This document shows positions 25,151 to 36,208 of a stretch of 64,000 nucleotides of DNA, in pieces (the stretch's first letter is position 1; each line of letters opens with the position of its first letter). Location: assembly GCA_963766715.1 (NCBI GenBank), contig CAVYBH010000011.1:64001-128000 (forward strand). Reading direction: 5' to 3'. The translations under genes were made by a program, and so were the position numbers. This DNA is from an uncultured delta proteobacterium. GTDB taxonomy: Bacteria; Myxococcota; Myxococcia; Myxococcales; Anaeromyxobacteraceae. The notes beneath the pieces are model-generated. The model did not search any database. It worked only from the letters and a program-made list of their open reading frames with translations, and was not told where the DNA came from.

Positions 25151-26392
25151 ATGGATGGGGACGTCGCCTCGAGGCCGGCCTGGACCTACGACGTGGTCGG
25201 CTATCACGGCGGCGACTTCGGTCTCGCAGTCGCGGCGGCGCAGACCCTGACGGCGCTCCGCGGCAGCGGTCGCCCGGTCCGCCCCGTCGCGCTCGAGTCC
25301 CGGCCCCCGCCGCGACTGCGGGACCGGCTCTCCCTCGCCCTGCGCCCGCGGCCAGCCGGCTCCGACCGGACCGTCGCGCTCTTCCAGGTGAATCCCCTCG
25401 AGATCGCGCAGCACGCATTCCAGTGGCAGGCGGACGTCGGGCCCGGCGCCCGGAACGTCTGCGTCCCGTTCTGGGAGCTGCCGGTGGTCCCGAGGAGCTG
25501 GGAGGCCATCCTGTCCGGAATGGACGCCATCCTCGCGCCGACCCGCTTCATCCAGGAGGCGTGCGCGCGGGTCGTCGGGGCCGACCGCGTCCTCCACTAC
25601 CCGCAGTCCGTCACGCTCCCGCCCGGGATCGGGCCGGACCGGTCGGCCTGTGGCCTGTCTCCCACGGCCACCGTCTTCCTGGTGTCCTTCGACGTGGGGA
25701 GCGGCATCGACCGCAAGAACCCGTGGGCGGTGCTCGCGGCCTTCCGCCGCGCCTTCCCGGGCGCGGAGGACGTCCAGCTCGTCATCAAGACCCGGCCCTG
25801 GGACCAGGTGCGGGAGTTCGCCGACCAGCTCGAGCGGCTCCGGGACGAGACCGCCGGCGACCCCCGCGTCCGCATCGTGGAGCGGAGCCTCCCCTATGGC
25901 GACGTCATGCGGCTCTACGCGAGCTGCGACGTACTGGTCGCCCTGCACCGCTCGGAGGGGCTTGGCCTCCACCTCATGGAAGCGATGAGCCTGGGGAGGG
26001 CGGTTGTGGCGACCGACTGGTCGGGGAACGTCGACTTCATGACCGGGGCGAACTCCGTGCCGGTGCCCTTCGCGCTCGTCCCGGTCAATCCGCTGCATCC
26101 CCATTACCGGCTGGAGCGGTCGCGCCCCGGGCAGGTCTGGGCCGAGCCGGACGTGGACGCGGCGGCGCGTTCCTTGCGGCGCCTCTTCGACGAGCCCTCG
26201 CTGCGGGCGGAACTCGGCCGGCAGGCCGCGCGGGACATGGAGGCCCGGCGCGTCGACGGCGCCAGGGCGGCGACGTTTGCGACGCTCGAGGAGCGTCTCA
26301 CCCGTTCCCGGCCGCGGTCGCTCGGTCCCGCCGTCTGGCGAACCCGCTGGCGTCTCACCTTCCGGGGCTGGCGTGCGCTGGCCGGCCTGTAG
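25151..26392 (+). CDS. Glycosyltransferase family 4
   Basis: Intact ORF; FWELP, RKNPWAVLAAFRRAF, LHRSEGLGLHLMEAMSLG, ATDWSGNVDFM, WAEPD. Confidence 0.9.
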   Translation: MDGDVASRPAWTYDVVGYHGGDFGLAVAAAQTLTALRGSGRPVRPVALESRPPPRLRDRLSLALRPRPAGSDRTVALFQVNPLEIAQHAFQWQADVGPGARNVCVPFWELPVVPRSWEAILSGMDAILAPTRFIQEACARVVGADRVLHYPQSVTLPPGIGPDRSACGLSPTATVFLVSFDVGSGIDRKNPWAVLAAFRRAFPGAEDVQLVIKTRPWDQVREFADQLERLRDETAGDPRVRIVERSLPYGDVMRLYASCDVLVALHRSEGLGLHLMEAMSLGRAVVATDWSGNVDFMTGANSVPVPFALVPVNPLHPHYRLERSRPGQVWAEPDVDAAARSLRRLFDEPSLRAELGRQAARDMEARRVDGARAATFATLEERLTRSRPRSLGPAVWRTRWRLTFRGWRALAGL

Positions 26393-26404
26393 TGCCGGCT
26401 CGCC

Positions 26405-27763
26405 TCACGCCGGAGCGGCCCGGTTCCGCACCAGCCGCCAGGCCAGCAGTGGCACGATCCACCCGGCCAGGGCGAACGATGGGACCGTGAGCGCGAGGAG
26501 CGCGCCCTGGATGCCGTACCGGCTCCCCAGGTACCAGGTGAGCGCCACGGTGACGGGCCCCTGGACCAGGACCACGGCCACCTGCGGCCAGATACAATCC
26601 ATGATGGTGAGCAGCTCGAAGAAGCTGCTGCCCACACGGCGATGAGGATCAGCGCCGACAGCGTGAGCCAGGTCCAGGTGTCGTACTGGAAGTCGGTCCG
26701 GCGCAGCCAGACCCGGACGAGCCAGTTCCCGGCGGCCAGCAGGACGAGGCCCCGCCGCCGCGGCCAGCCCATCCGCAGGCGGACCAGGTGCCGGAACGAC
26801 CGCCGGAGCCACTCCGGCTCGCCGCGCTCGAAGGACTCGCGGAAGGTCGGCGCGACCGACGCCGTGCTGGCCGTGATGAGGACGACGCGAGAAGGTGTAG
26901 AGCCGGATCAGGAGGTCGTAGTCGGCGACCGTGTCCAGGCCGGCCCGGTGCGCCAGGATCGGGCGCTGCGTCTGGTTCACGAGAAGTGCGCCAAGCTGGA
27001 AGAGGTAGAGGGGGGCCGCGCTCGCCAGGAGCCTGCGCAGCGCGCCCCGGGACACGGCGCCCCAGCTCGGCCGCATCCAGGGGAAGACCCGCCAGGCGAG
27101 CCATGCCAGGGCGGCCAGCCCGGCGACGACGGTGGCCGTGCCCGTGGCTGCCCACCACCGCGGCGAAGGGCGCCCGGTGCGGGTCGCGACGAGGAGGAGG
27201 GCGAGCGACAGGAGCGCGCCCCCCATGCGTGAAGGCGGAACCGACGTAGGCGCGCTGGTAGCCGGCGTAGGCCTGGCTCACGAGGGCCAACGGCAGGGCG
27301 AGCGCGGCGAGCGCGAGCGCCACGCCGAACCCGGCCGACGCGCCGATCGAGGTCATCGAGGCCGGGACGTCGAAGAAGCGTCCCCAGGGAACGACGGGCG
27401 CGAGCAGGCCCACGACCGCGACGCGCGAGCACGGCCACGGCAGAGGAGCGCGAAGAAGGCGGTCGAGAAGTAGGCCCGGGCCGCCTCGTGGTCGTCGCGC
27501 CCGTGCGCCTCGGAGACGGCGATGACGAGCCCCTGGACCAGGCCGGGATCGAGCAGCGCGACCCAGGCGGCCACCGACCCCGCCACGGCCCACAGGCCGT
27601 AGGCTTCCTTGCCCAGGTAGGCGAGGGAGATGGGGACGGACGCCAGCCCCACCAGCGCGGAGACCCCCATGGCGGCCACGCCGGCCGCCGAGCTGAGGAA
27701 GATGCGCCGGTACCGCTCGCGGGACCGCCCTTCGGGCGTGGCGGTGTCGACGGGCGGAGCCAT
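26405..27763 (-). CDS. Wzx/MATE-type oligosaccharide flippase; indels
   Basis: SVPISLAYLGKEAYGLW...LLDPGL N-terminal flippase pattern; many TM segments; YGIQGALLA near the C-terminus. Confidence 0.78.
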
Positions 27764-27850
27764 CCAGGGTCGGGCCGGAGTGTACGGTGTGGGGGAACGA
27801 GCCGCAAACGTGCAGAATCGGGCGCCTCCCTTGCTAGAGTCGCGTCGGTC

Positions 27851-28798
27851 ATGCCTCGCGCACTCGTCACCGGAATCGCCGGCCAGGACGGCTGGTACCT
27901 CGCGAAGCTCCTCCTCGGGAAGGGCTACGAGGTGGTGGGCTGCGGCCGCCCCGGCTCCCTCCTCGGCCCCCGCGGCGCGCCGCTCCGTGAACTGGGCGTG
28001 AAGCTGGTGGAGCTGGATCTCCTCGATCGCTACCAGACCCTCCGCAGCGTGGCGGAGGTGGGGCCGGACGAGATCTACAACATGGCCGGCCACTCCTTCG
28101 TGCCCCAGTCCTGGGAGGATCCGGCCACCGCCATCCGCATCACCTCCTGGCCGGTCATCCACCTCATGGACGCCGTGCGCGAGGTCTCGCCGCACAGCCG
28201 CTTCTACCAGTCGAGCACCTCCGAGATCTTCGGCCTCACCGAGACCTCGCCCCAGACCGAGGCCACCCCGGTGGCGCCCGCCAACCCGTACGCGGCCGCC
28301 AAGGTCTTCGCCCACCAGCTGGTGGCGCTCTACCGGGCCCACTACGGCCTCTTCGCGTGCTCGGGCATCCTCTACAACCACGAGTCGCCGCGCCGGCCGC
28401 CGCAGTTCGTGACCGCCAAGGTGTGCCACGCCGCCCGGGCCATCCGGGCCGGCCGCCAGCGCGAGCTGTGGCTCGGCGACCTCGACGTCACCCGCGACTG
28501 GGGCTTCGCCGGCGACTCGGTCGACGCCATGTGGCGCATGCTCCAGCAGGAGCGGCCGCAGGACTACATCATCGGCACCGGCGTCCCCCACACCGTGCGC
28601 GAGCTCTGCGAGGCGGCGTTCCGGCGCGTCGGGCTCGACTACCGCGAGCACGTCCGGCAGGACCCGGCCTTCATGCGCCCGGGCCAGCCCTCCCGGCTGC
28701 TCGCCGACCCGTCGAGGGCGCGGCGCGAGCTGGGGTGGTCGGCGACCACCCGCTTCGACGATCTCGTGGCGATGATGGTCGACGCCGCGCCGGCCTGA
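27851..28798 (+). CDS. gmd: GDP-mannose 4,6-dehydratase
   Basis: ALVTGIAGQDGWYLA, PDEIYNMAGHSFV, FYQSSTSEIFG, PYAAAK, GILYNHESPRR, RDWGFAGD. Confidence 0.93.
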   Translation: MPRALVTGIAGQDGWYLAKLLLGKGYEVVGCGRPGSLLGPRGAPLRELGVKLVELDLLDRYQTLRSVAEVGPDEIYNMAGHSFVPQSWEDPATAIRITSWPVIHLMDAVREVSPHSRFYQSSTSEIFGLTETSPQTEATPVAPANPYAAAKVFAHQLVALYRAHYGLFACSGILYNHESPRRPPQFVTAKVCHAARAIRAGRQRELWLGDLDVTRDWGFAGDSVDAMWRMLQQERPQDYIIGTGVPHTVRELCEAAFRRVGLDYREHVRQDPAFMRPGQPSRLLADPSRARRELGWSATTRFDDLVAMMVDAAPA

Positions 28799-28813
28799 GC
28801 CGGCGGATCCGCG

Positions 28814-29251
28814 CTACCCGCCGGCCTTGATGGTCACGAACCAGGCGGTGCCGCCCCGCTCGGGCGTCACCTGCTGCACGATGCGCTTGCCGGACCCGAC
28901 GGTGACCCGGGACTGGGTCCGGGACGAGGGCGCGCTCACCTCGAAGGTGGACGAGCCCGCGCGCGAGTCGACGAGCGTCACCGTCACCGCGTCGCCGCCG
29001 GGAATCGACACCGACACCGGCTTGCGCGCCAGCATCGACGCCTGGATCTCGCCGGCCTGCTCCCATCGGACGTAGGCGGTGGCCGAGAGCTGGGCCTTCA
29101 AATCTTCGAGGCCGGGAGGCACGCCGGCCGGTCCCTGCCGCGATCCCTGGATCATCCGGATGCGCACCGGGACGGGCGCATCGGCCGCCCGGGCGGGCGC
29201 CGAGGCCAGGAGGATCACCGCCACCCACGCCGCCGTCCACGCGCTCCGCAT
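28814..29251 (-). CDS. Hypothetical exported protein
   Basis: Signal peptide ending APARA-A; directly downstream of the anti-sigma gene. Confidence 0.7.
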   Translation of the reverse strand: MRSAWTAAWVAVILLASAPARAADAPVPVRIRMIQGSRQGPAGVPPGLEDLKAQLSATAYVRWEQAGEIQASMLARKPVSVSIPGGDAVTVTLVDSRAGSSTFEVSAPSSRTQSRVTVGSGKRIVQQVTPERGGTAWFVTIKAGG

Positions 29252-29261
29252 GCACCCTCCG

Positions 29262-29747
29262 TCAAGTCCCGTCCGAGGCCTCGCCCACCAGGATGACCGG
29301 GCCGTCGCTCGTCTCGAGGACCACGGCCGCCAGGTCCTCGGAGGTCACCTCGACCGCCAGCTCCGACGGCCCCGGACCCATCGTGCGCCCAATGTACAGG
29401 TAGAGGGCGAGGGCAGCCAGCGCCGGCGCGAGGGCCGAGACCGCCGCCAGGACGCGGTGGCGCCGGAGGAAGGTCCGCAGCCGTTCGAGCCCCCCCGCGG
29501 GGGCCTCGCCGCGCCAGGCCGAGGCCGGGATGCGGGCCAGGACGCCGTCGGCGAAGTCGGTGAAGTCCCGCCGGGAGGCCTCGAGGAGCAGGCCGTCCTC
29601 GATGATGCCCGCGACGGCCGCCTGGTCGGCCTGGCGCGCCCGGCAGGTCTCGCAGGTCGAGAGGTGGGCCGTGAGGAGCGCCTCCTCGGTCGGGTCGAGC
29701 TCTCCCGGGCGGGACCCGAGGAGCGGAGCGGCGCCGGCGCACTTCAC
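29262..29747 (-). CDS. Zinc-finger (zf-HC2) membrane anti-sigma factor
   Basis: HLSTCETC (HxxxCxxC), one TM segment; GTGA overlap with the sigma gene. Confidence 0.85.
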   Translation of the reverse strand: MKCAGAAPLLGSRPGELDPTEEALLTAHLSTCETCRARQADQAAVAGIIEDGLLLEASRRDFTDFADGVLARIPASAWRGEAPAGGLERLRTFLRRHRVLAAVSALAPALAALALYLYIGRTMGPGPSELAVEVTSEDLAAVVLETSDGPVILVGEASDGT

Positions 29748-30385
29748 GAGCGATCCTCCGAGCCGGGGGCGTCGATCCCGGCGTAGCCGGCCAGCAGGAC
29801 CTGCATCTTCTTGCGCGCGTGGAAGAGCCGGCTCATCACCGTGCCCCGGGGGATCCCGAGCCGCTCGGCCAGCTCCTCGTAGGAGAGGCCGTCCATCTCG
29901 CGGAGCACGAGGATGGCCCGGTGGACGTCGGGAAGCTGCTGCAGCGCGTCGGCGAGGCATCCGGAGAGCTCTCGCCGCAGCACCGTCTCCTGGGGATCGG
30001 TCCCGAGCGCGGTCGCGAGCACGCCCGGCGCCGCCTCCCGGAGCACCGCCTCCGGCACGTCGGCCACGTCGTTCCGCCTGGACGGGCGTTCCTTGCGGAG
30101 CACGTCGATGGCGACCCGGGCGGTGATGCGGTGGATCCAGGTCGAGAAGGAGGCCTCGTCCCGGAACTCCGCCAGGTGCTGGTGGACGCGCACGAAGGCC
30201 TCCTGGGAGACGTCCCAGGCCAGGTCGCGGTCCTTCACGATTCCGAGTGCCACGGCGTAGACCCTTCGCTGGTGACGGACGACGAGCTCCCGGAACGCCT
30301 CCGGGTCGCCGCCCCTGGCTCTGTCCACCAGTTCGAGATCGGAGAGAGCCATGGGAAGGGACGGGGCCGCGGCGGGGAAATTCAC
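29744..30385 (-). CDS. ECF (RpoE-like) RNA polymerase sigma factor; start may be ATG at 30353
   Basis: DPEAFRELV, DVSQEAFVR, FSTWIHRI, LREMDGLSYEELA, GTVMSRLFHARKK. Confidence 0.93.
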   Translation of the reverse strand: MNFPAAAPSLPMALSDLELVDRARGGDPEAFRELVVRHQRRVYAVALGIVKDRDLAWDVSQEAFVRVHQHLAEFRDEASFSTWIHRITARVAIDVLRKERPSRRNDVADVPEAVLREAAPGVLATALGTDPQETVLRRELSGCLADALQQLPDVHRAILVLREMDGLSYEELAERLGIPRGTVMSRLFHARKKMQVLLAGYAGIDAPGSEDRS

Positions 30386-30498
30386 CGCAGTCCGGGAAAC
30401 CTACCACACCCACCTGGGTATCCTCGCCGCTTGTGCCTCGGACGGGGTACGCGTAATTTCGCGGATTTCGCGCCCCCTCTTCTCTGTTCCCGAGACAC

Positions 30499-33400
30499 GT
30501 GCAAGGGCCGTACTCCGATATCTCCCGCGTCCTCGACGGCGCCCGGCGCCGCCGGCGCTCGGTCGTGACCGTCACCGCCCTCGGCTGGGGGGGCGCTGCC
30601 GTGGCCATCGGCTTGCTCGCCGGGGCCGTGGGGCTGGGAGTCGGGCCGGGTGGGATGGCCAGGTGGCTCCGCCCCGCCTCGCTGGTCGTCGGAGCGATCT
30701 CCGCGCTCGCGGCCGTCGGCTGGGCGGCGTGGTCGCTCTGGCGCACGGCATGGGGCGCGCGCGAGGTGGTGGCCACGGTCGCCGGCGGGGACGAGTCGCT
30801 GCGCTCGGCGCTGCTCTCCGCCGTCGAGCTCGAGCAGGACCGCGCCGGCGCTCGACGCCCGCGGCCTCTCGACGGCCCTGGCCGACGAGCACATCGCCCG
30901 CACCGGGGAGCGGGCGCGGGCGGTCGACCTCTCCCGGGCGGTTCCCGACCGGCCTGCCCGCCGGGCCGGGCTGGCCCTCGTCGGCGCGCTCGCCGCCTGG
31001 GGAGTCGCGTCGCTCCTGCTGGGCCCGAACCTGGGGCGCGGGTGGTCCCGGCTGGTCGCCGGCGTCGCCCAGGCCGCCGGGCCGCCCCGGGCCGAGCCCA
31101 TCACCGGCGACGTCGAGATCACCTACCTCTACCCGGCCCACACCGGCCGCCCCGAGCGGAAGGTCCCCGGGAGCGACGGGGCGATCCAGGCGCCGCGCGG
31201 GACCGAGGTGCGCCTCTCCACCCGCTCCGATCGCCCGGTGAAGGGGGCGCGGATCGCCATCGAGGGGCAGGGCCCGGACGCCCGCCGCGCGGTGGAGCTC
31301 CTCGTGAAGGACCGGCGCGAGCTGTCCGGCTCGTTCCTGGTCGAGGAGCCGGGCTCCTACCGGTTCCAGTTCACCGACGGCAAGGAGGTGACCGTCACCG
31401 GGCCGCCCATCCCGGTGGCCGTCGAGGCCGACGCCTTCCCGGAGGTGCGCATCGCCGTGCCCGCCGGCGAGGTGGAGGTGGCGGCCGACGCCCGGGTCCA
31501 CGTCGAGTGGACCGCCTCGGACGACTACGGGCTGGGGGCGCTCACCCTCGTCCTGAAGCCGCCCGCGGGCGACGAGGAGCGGCGCCCGCTGCGTTCGCTC
31601 GCTCCCGCGCGCCGCGACGCCGGGATCCTTCGAGCTCGACCTCGCGCCCATGCGGCTGGCCGAGGGGGAACGGCTCCTCTACTGGCTGGAGGTCGTGGAC
31701 AACGACACCGTGTCCGGCCCCAAGCGGGCGGCCTCGGCGACCCGGGCGGTGAAGATTCACAGCGAGGCCGAGCACCACCAGCGCATGCTGGCCGAGGCCC
31801 GCCGTCACTGGGAGGAGATGGTGAAGCTGCTCGGCGACCGCCTGGAGCAGCTCCCCCGGGGACAGCCGCCGGAGGTGGCGCGCGTGCAGAAGGGGCTCGC
31901 CCTCGACGGCCGGACCCGGCAGCTGCACGAGCGGCTGCGCGACGCCGCGCAGGCCCTGCGGAAGGAGAAGGCGGCGCCCCGGGATCTCGCCTCCGCGCTC
32001 GCCAACGTGGCCCAGGGGATCCGCGCCCGGGAGATGATGGCCACCTCCGCGCGGCAGACCCTCTCCCGCCAGCTGCAGTTCGGCAGCCCGGGCGACCTGG
32101 TCTCCACCCGGAGGGTGGACGACCTCGACGACGCGCTCGACCGGGAGCTGGAGAAGGACGTGCTGTACCTGGAGTCGCTCTTCGACAAGCAGCGGGCCGA
32201 GGACCTGGTCCGCATGGCGAAGGACCTGGCCTCCCGCCGCCGGGAGCTGGCGTCGCTGCTCGAGAAGTACCGGCAGGCGCCGACCGAGCAGGCGAAGAAG
32301 GAGCTGCTCGCCGAGGTGGCCCGGCTGCGCGGGCGGATGCAGGAGATGCTCCGGCAGATGTCCGAGCTGGCCCGCGGGGTCTCCGACTCGCACATGAACG
32401 CCGAGGCCGTGGCCGAGGTCGCGAAGGGCAAGGACCTCGACTCGGGCATGAAGCGCGTCGAGGAGATGCTGGCCCGGGGGGACGTCGACGAGGCCATGCG
32501 CGAGCTCGACGCGATGGGGAGCGCGCTGCAGGACATGCTCTCCTCGCTGGAGCGGACGGCCGGGAGCCCGGACGAGCGCACCGCGGCGCTCTCGCGCCAG
32601 GTCCGGGAGTTCCAGCGCGGGCTGGAGTCGGTCGAGCGGGAGCAGCAGGCGGTGGCCCAGGAGACCGAGAAGCTGCGGGGCGAGCAGCGCCGGGCCGGCC
32701 AGGAGCGGCTGCGCCGGGCCGAGCCCGCCATCCGGCACGTCGAGGAGCTGGCCCGCAAGGCGCAGGAGGAGCTCCGCCAGTCGCGCGCCGGCACCACGCC
32801 GCGCTCGGAGGACGACTTCGCCCAGGCCCACGACCGGCTCGACGACCTGCGGCGCGCGCTGGCCGGGCGCGACGTCGACGCCGCGCTCGACGCCTCGAAG
32901 CGGGCCCTTCCGCCGCTCTCGCGCCTGGCCACGGGGCTCGACGACGAGGCCCTCATGGCCGAGCGGTTCGCCCAGCTGCGCAAGCGGGATCCGGGCGAGC
33001 TCCGGGAGGCGGCGCGCCACGCCCGCGACGCGGTGCCCCCGGCGCGCCAGGCGCGGGAGGAGCTGGAGAAGCTCTTCCCCGAGGCGAGCACCCCGCTGCC
33101 GCAGGGATCGCAGCAGAAGCTCGATCGGCTGGCCCGGGAGCAGCAGGGGCTCGAGCAGAAGGCCGGGCGGCTGCAGCAGGAGCTGGAGGCGCTCTCCCAG
33201 GAGGCGCCCGTCTTCCCGCCCCAGGCCATGCAGGACCTGGGCGAGGGCCGGGCCCACATGCAGTCGGCCGCGGCCGAGCTCGGGCAGAAGAGCGCGCAGC
33301 GGGGGCTGGGGCACCAGCGCGAGGCGCTCGGGGCGCTCGAGCGGCTGCGAAAGGGGCTCGAGCAGATGGCCAAGGGCGGCGGGAAGGGGGAGGGGGGCGG

Positions 33401-33608
33401 CTTCCCGTTCCCCTTCGCCGAGGCCGGCACGCCCCGGCACGACGGTCCCGAGGGCGATCCGTCGCGGGAGAAGGTGGAGATCCCGCAGGCCGACGCCTCG
33501 AAGGCGCGCGAGGAGTTCCGCCGCGACCTGCTCGAGGCCATGAAGCAAGGCACGCCCGAGCCGTACCAGGGCGAGGTGAAGCGCTACTACGAGGAGCTCG
33601 TGAAGTGA
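30499..33608 (+). CDS. Large membrane-anchored DUF4175-like protein (TM, beta-sandwich region, long coiled coil); indels near 30845 and 31625
   Basis: N-terminal TMs, YLYPAHTG, WTASDDYGL, DNDTVSGPK, heptad-rich helical region, C-terminal PEPYQGEVKRYYEELVK. Confidence 0.72.
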
Positions 33609-35164
33609 CCGCCCTGGCCCCCCTGCTCGCGCTGGCGCTCGTCGCCGCTCCCGGCGCCGGCGCCCCCCCGCCGGACGTCCGCAGCGCCGTGCGCACGGCC
33701 GTGGAGAAGCTCGGCGACGAGGACGTGGAGGGAGCCCGCGCGGCCATCGCCCCCTTCCAGGACCTGGCGTCCTCCGATCCGTCGGTGGCCTTCGCGGTGG
33801 GCGTGCTGCGCTTCCACGAGCAGCGCTACGACGAGTCGGTCGCCCTGCTCGAGCGGGCGGGCGCCGGCGGCCCGGGGCGAGACTGGCTCGCGCAGGCGCG
33901 CGCGGCCCGCGACACCACCCGGGGGTACGTGAGGGCGGAGAGCGAGCACTTCGTGGTGAGCCACCCGAAGGGGAAGGAGGAGGTGCTCGTCCCCTACCTG
34001 CTCGAGGCGCTCGAGGCCCAGCGCAGCGCGCTGCTCCAGGACTTCGGGCAGGTCCCGCCGGGCAAGGTGGTGGTCGAGGTGGTGGAGGACACGCGGCAGC
34101 TGGCGCGGCTGTCGACCCTCACCGAGAAGGAGATCCAGGCCACCGGCACCATCGCCATCTGCAAGTTCGACAAGATGATGCTGACCTCGCCGAAGGCGCT
34201 GGTCTACGGGTACGACTGGCTCGACACCGCGGCCCACGAGTACGTCCACCACGTGGTCACCCGCATGACCGCGAACGAGACCCCAATCTGGCTGCACGAG
34301 GGGATCGCGCGCTGGTACGAGACGCGCTGGCGCGGCCCCGGCGGCGACATCCTCTCCCCCTGGTCGGCCGCCCGGCTCCGCGACGCGGCCCGCGAGGGGA
34401 AGCTCGTCACCTTCGCCCAGATGCACCCGTCGATGGCCAAGCTCCCGTCGCAGGAGGCGGCGGCGCTGGCCTTCGCCGAGGTGGCCGTGGCGGTGGAGAC
34501 GATGCGGAAGAAGGGGGGTCCCGACGCCGTCCGCCGGGTGCTCGAGGGCGTGGCCCGCGGCGCGACCGCCGAGGACGCCGTGGCCGCCGCGCTGGGGATG
34601 CCGTTCCCGGCCTTCGAGCGGGAGTGGAAGCGCTGGATGGCGGAGCGGCCGCTGCCCGCCGGCGGCGAGACCCACATGCGCCGCCTCCAGTTCAAGGGCG
34701 GGCCGGGCACGCTCGCCGAGTGGTCCGAGATCGCCGACGAGAAGGGTCGCGGCCACGCCCGGCTGGGCGAGATCTTCCGGGAGCGCGGGCGCTGGGAGCC
34801 GGCCCGGCAGGAGTATGCACGCGCGGTGAAGCACGGCGGGAGCCGGTCGCCGCTCCTGGCCGGACGCTACGCGCAGGCCTCGCTCATGACCGGCCACGCC
34901 GAGGAGGCCGAGAAGGTGCTGGCCGGGGCGCTGGCGGCCCACCCCGAGGCCGGCACCCTGCACGTGCAGCTGGGGCGGGTGCGGCTCCTGCGCCAGGACT
35001 GGGCCGGGGCCCGCGCGAGCTTCCTCCTCGCCAACCGCACCGACCCCTTCGACCCGGAGATCCACGCCGGCCTGGCGCGCGCCGCCGAGGCCGCGGGCGA
35101 CGAGAAGACCGCCTCGCGCGAGAAGCGCTTCGCGGCCATACTGATCGGCGGGTCGCATCCGTGA
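33605..35164 (+). CDS. Exported clan MA zinc-metallopeptidase-like protein with TPR repeats
   Basis: Signal peptide, AHEYVHH (HExxH), PIWLHEGIA, C-terminal TPR-like helices. Confidence 0.82.
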   Translation: MTALAPLLALALVAAPGAGAPPPDVRSAVRTAVEKLGDEDVEGARAAIAPFQDLASSDPSVAFAVGVLRFHEQRYDESVALLERAGAGGPGRDWLAQARAARDTTRGYVRAESEHFVVSHPKGKEEVLVPYLLEALEAQRSALLQDFGQVPPGKVVVEVVEDTRQLARLSTLTEKEIQATGTIAICKFDKMMLTSPKALVYGYDWLDTAAHEYVHHVVTRMTANETPIWLHEGIARWYETRWRGPGGDILSPWSAARLRDAAREGKLVTFAQMHPSMAKLPSQEAAALAFAEVAVAVETMRKKGGPDAVRRVLEGVARGATAEDAVAAALGMPFPAFEREWKRWMAERPLPAGGETHMRRLQFKGGPGTLAEWSEIADEKGRGHARLGEIFRERGRWEPARQEYARAVKHGGSRSPLLAGRYAQASLMTGHAEEAEKVLAGALAAHPEAGTLHVQLGRVRLLRQDWAGARASFLLANRTDPFDPEIHAGLARAAEAAGDEKTASREKRFAAILIGGSHP

Positions 35165-35187
35165 CCGGCGCGAGGAGCGAGGAGCAC

Positions 35188-36207
35188 ATGGACGAGCGTG
35201 AGACGCAGGCCCCGGCGGAGCGGGAGGCCGACCTGGCCGCCGTGGGGGAGCTGGCCGAGGCGCGCCGCACCCTGCTCGGCGAGATCGAGAAGCGGATCGT
35301 CGGCCAGAAGGGCGTGGTCGAGCACCTGCTCGTCGCCCTCTTCGCCCGGGGCCACACCCTCTTCGTCGGGGTCCCCGGCCTCGCCAAGACGCTGCTCATC
35401 TCGACCGTGGCCGAGGCCCTCGACCTCTCCTTCAACCGGATCCAGTTCACGCCGGACCTGATGCCCTCCGACATCACCGGCACCGACGTGCTGGAGGAGG
35501 ACCACACCACCGGCAAGCGGGCCTTCCGCTTCGTGCCCGGGCCGATCTTCGCGAACCTGGTGCTCGCCGACGAGATCAACCGCACGCCGCCGAAGACCCA
35601 GGCGGCGCTGCTCCAGGCCATGCAGGAGTACCGGGTCACCGCCGGCGGCCGGACCTACCCGCTCGACCTGCCGTTCCTGGTCTTCGCGACGCAGAACCCG
35701 ATCGAGCAGGAGGGGACCTACCCGCTCCCCGAGGCCCAGCTCGACCGCTTCATGTTCTACGTGGACGTGGACTACCCGTCGGCGGACGAGGAGGTGCAGA
35801 TCGTCCGCTCCACCACCACGTCGTCGCGCGCGTCGCTGCGGCGGGTGCTCTCGCCCGCGCGCATCCGGCAGCTCCAGGAGCTCGTGCTCCGCGTGCCGGC
35901 CGCCGATCACGTGGTGCGCTACGCGGTCGACCTGGTCCGCAGCACCCGGCCCAAGGAGCCGGGCGCGCCCGACTTCGTCCGCGACTACGTGGCCTGGGGC
36001 GCCGGCCCGCGCGCCAGCCAGTACCTGATCCTGGGCGCGAAGAGCCGCGCCGTCCTCGACGGGCGCGTGGCGGCCTCCGAGGAGGACGTCCGCGCGCTGG
36101 CGCGCCCGGTGCTCGTCCACCGGGTCATCGCCAGCTTCCGGGCCGAGAGCGACGGGGTGTCGAGCCGGGACGTGGTGGACCGCCTGCTCGAGAAGGTCAG
36201 ACCCTGA
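35188..36207 (+). CDS. moxR: MoxR-family AAA+ ATPase
   Basis: GVPGLAKT, RIQFTPDLMPSDITG, LADEINRTPPKTQAALL, ATQNPIEQEGTYPLPEAQLDRF. Confidence 0.95.
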   Translation: MDERETQAPAEREADLAAVGELAEARRTLLGEIEKRIVGQKGVVEHLLVALFARGHTLFVGVPGLAKTLLISTVAEALDLSFNRIQFTPDLMPSDITGTDVLEEDHTTGKRAFRFVPGPIFANLVLADEINRTPPKTQAALLQAMQEYRVTAGGRTYPLDLPFLVFATQNPIEQEGTYPLPEAQLDRFMFYVDVDYPSADEEVQIVRSTTTSSRASLRRVLSPARIRQLQELVLRVPAADHVVRYAVDLVRSTRPKEPGAPDFVRDYVAWGAGPRASQYLILGAKSRAVLDGRVAASEEDVRALARPVLVHRVIASFRAESDGVSSRDVVDRLLEKVRP

Positions 36208-36208
36208 C

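Noticed and set aside
30650..35164. Apparent 1504-aa giant protein
   Set aside because: Chimera of a frameshifted part of the DUF4175-like gene, an off-frame stretch and the separate peptidase gene starting at 33605
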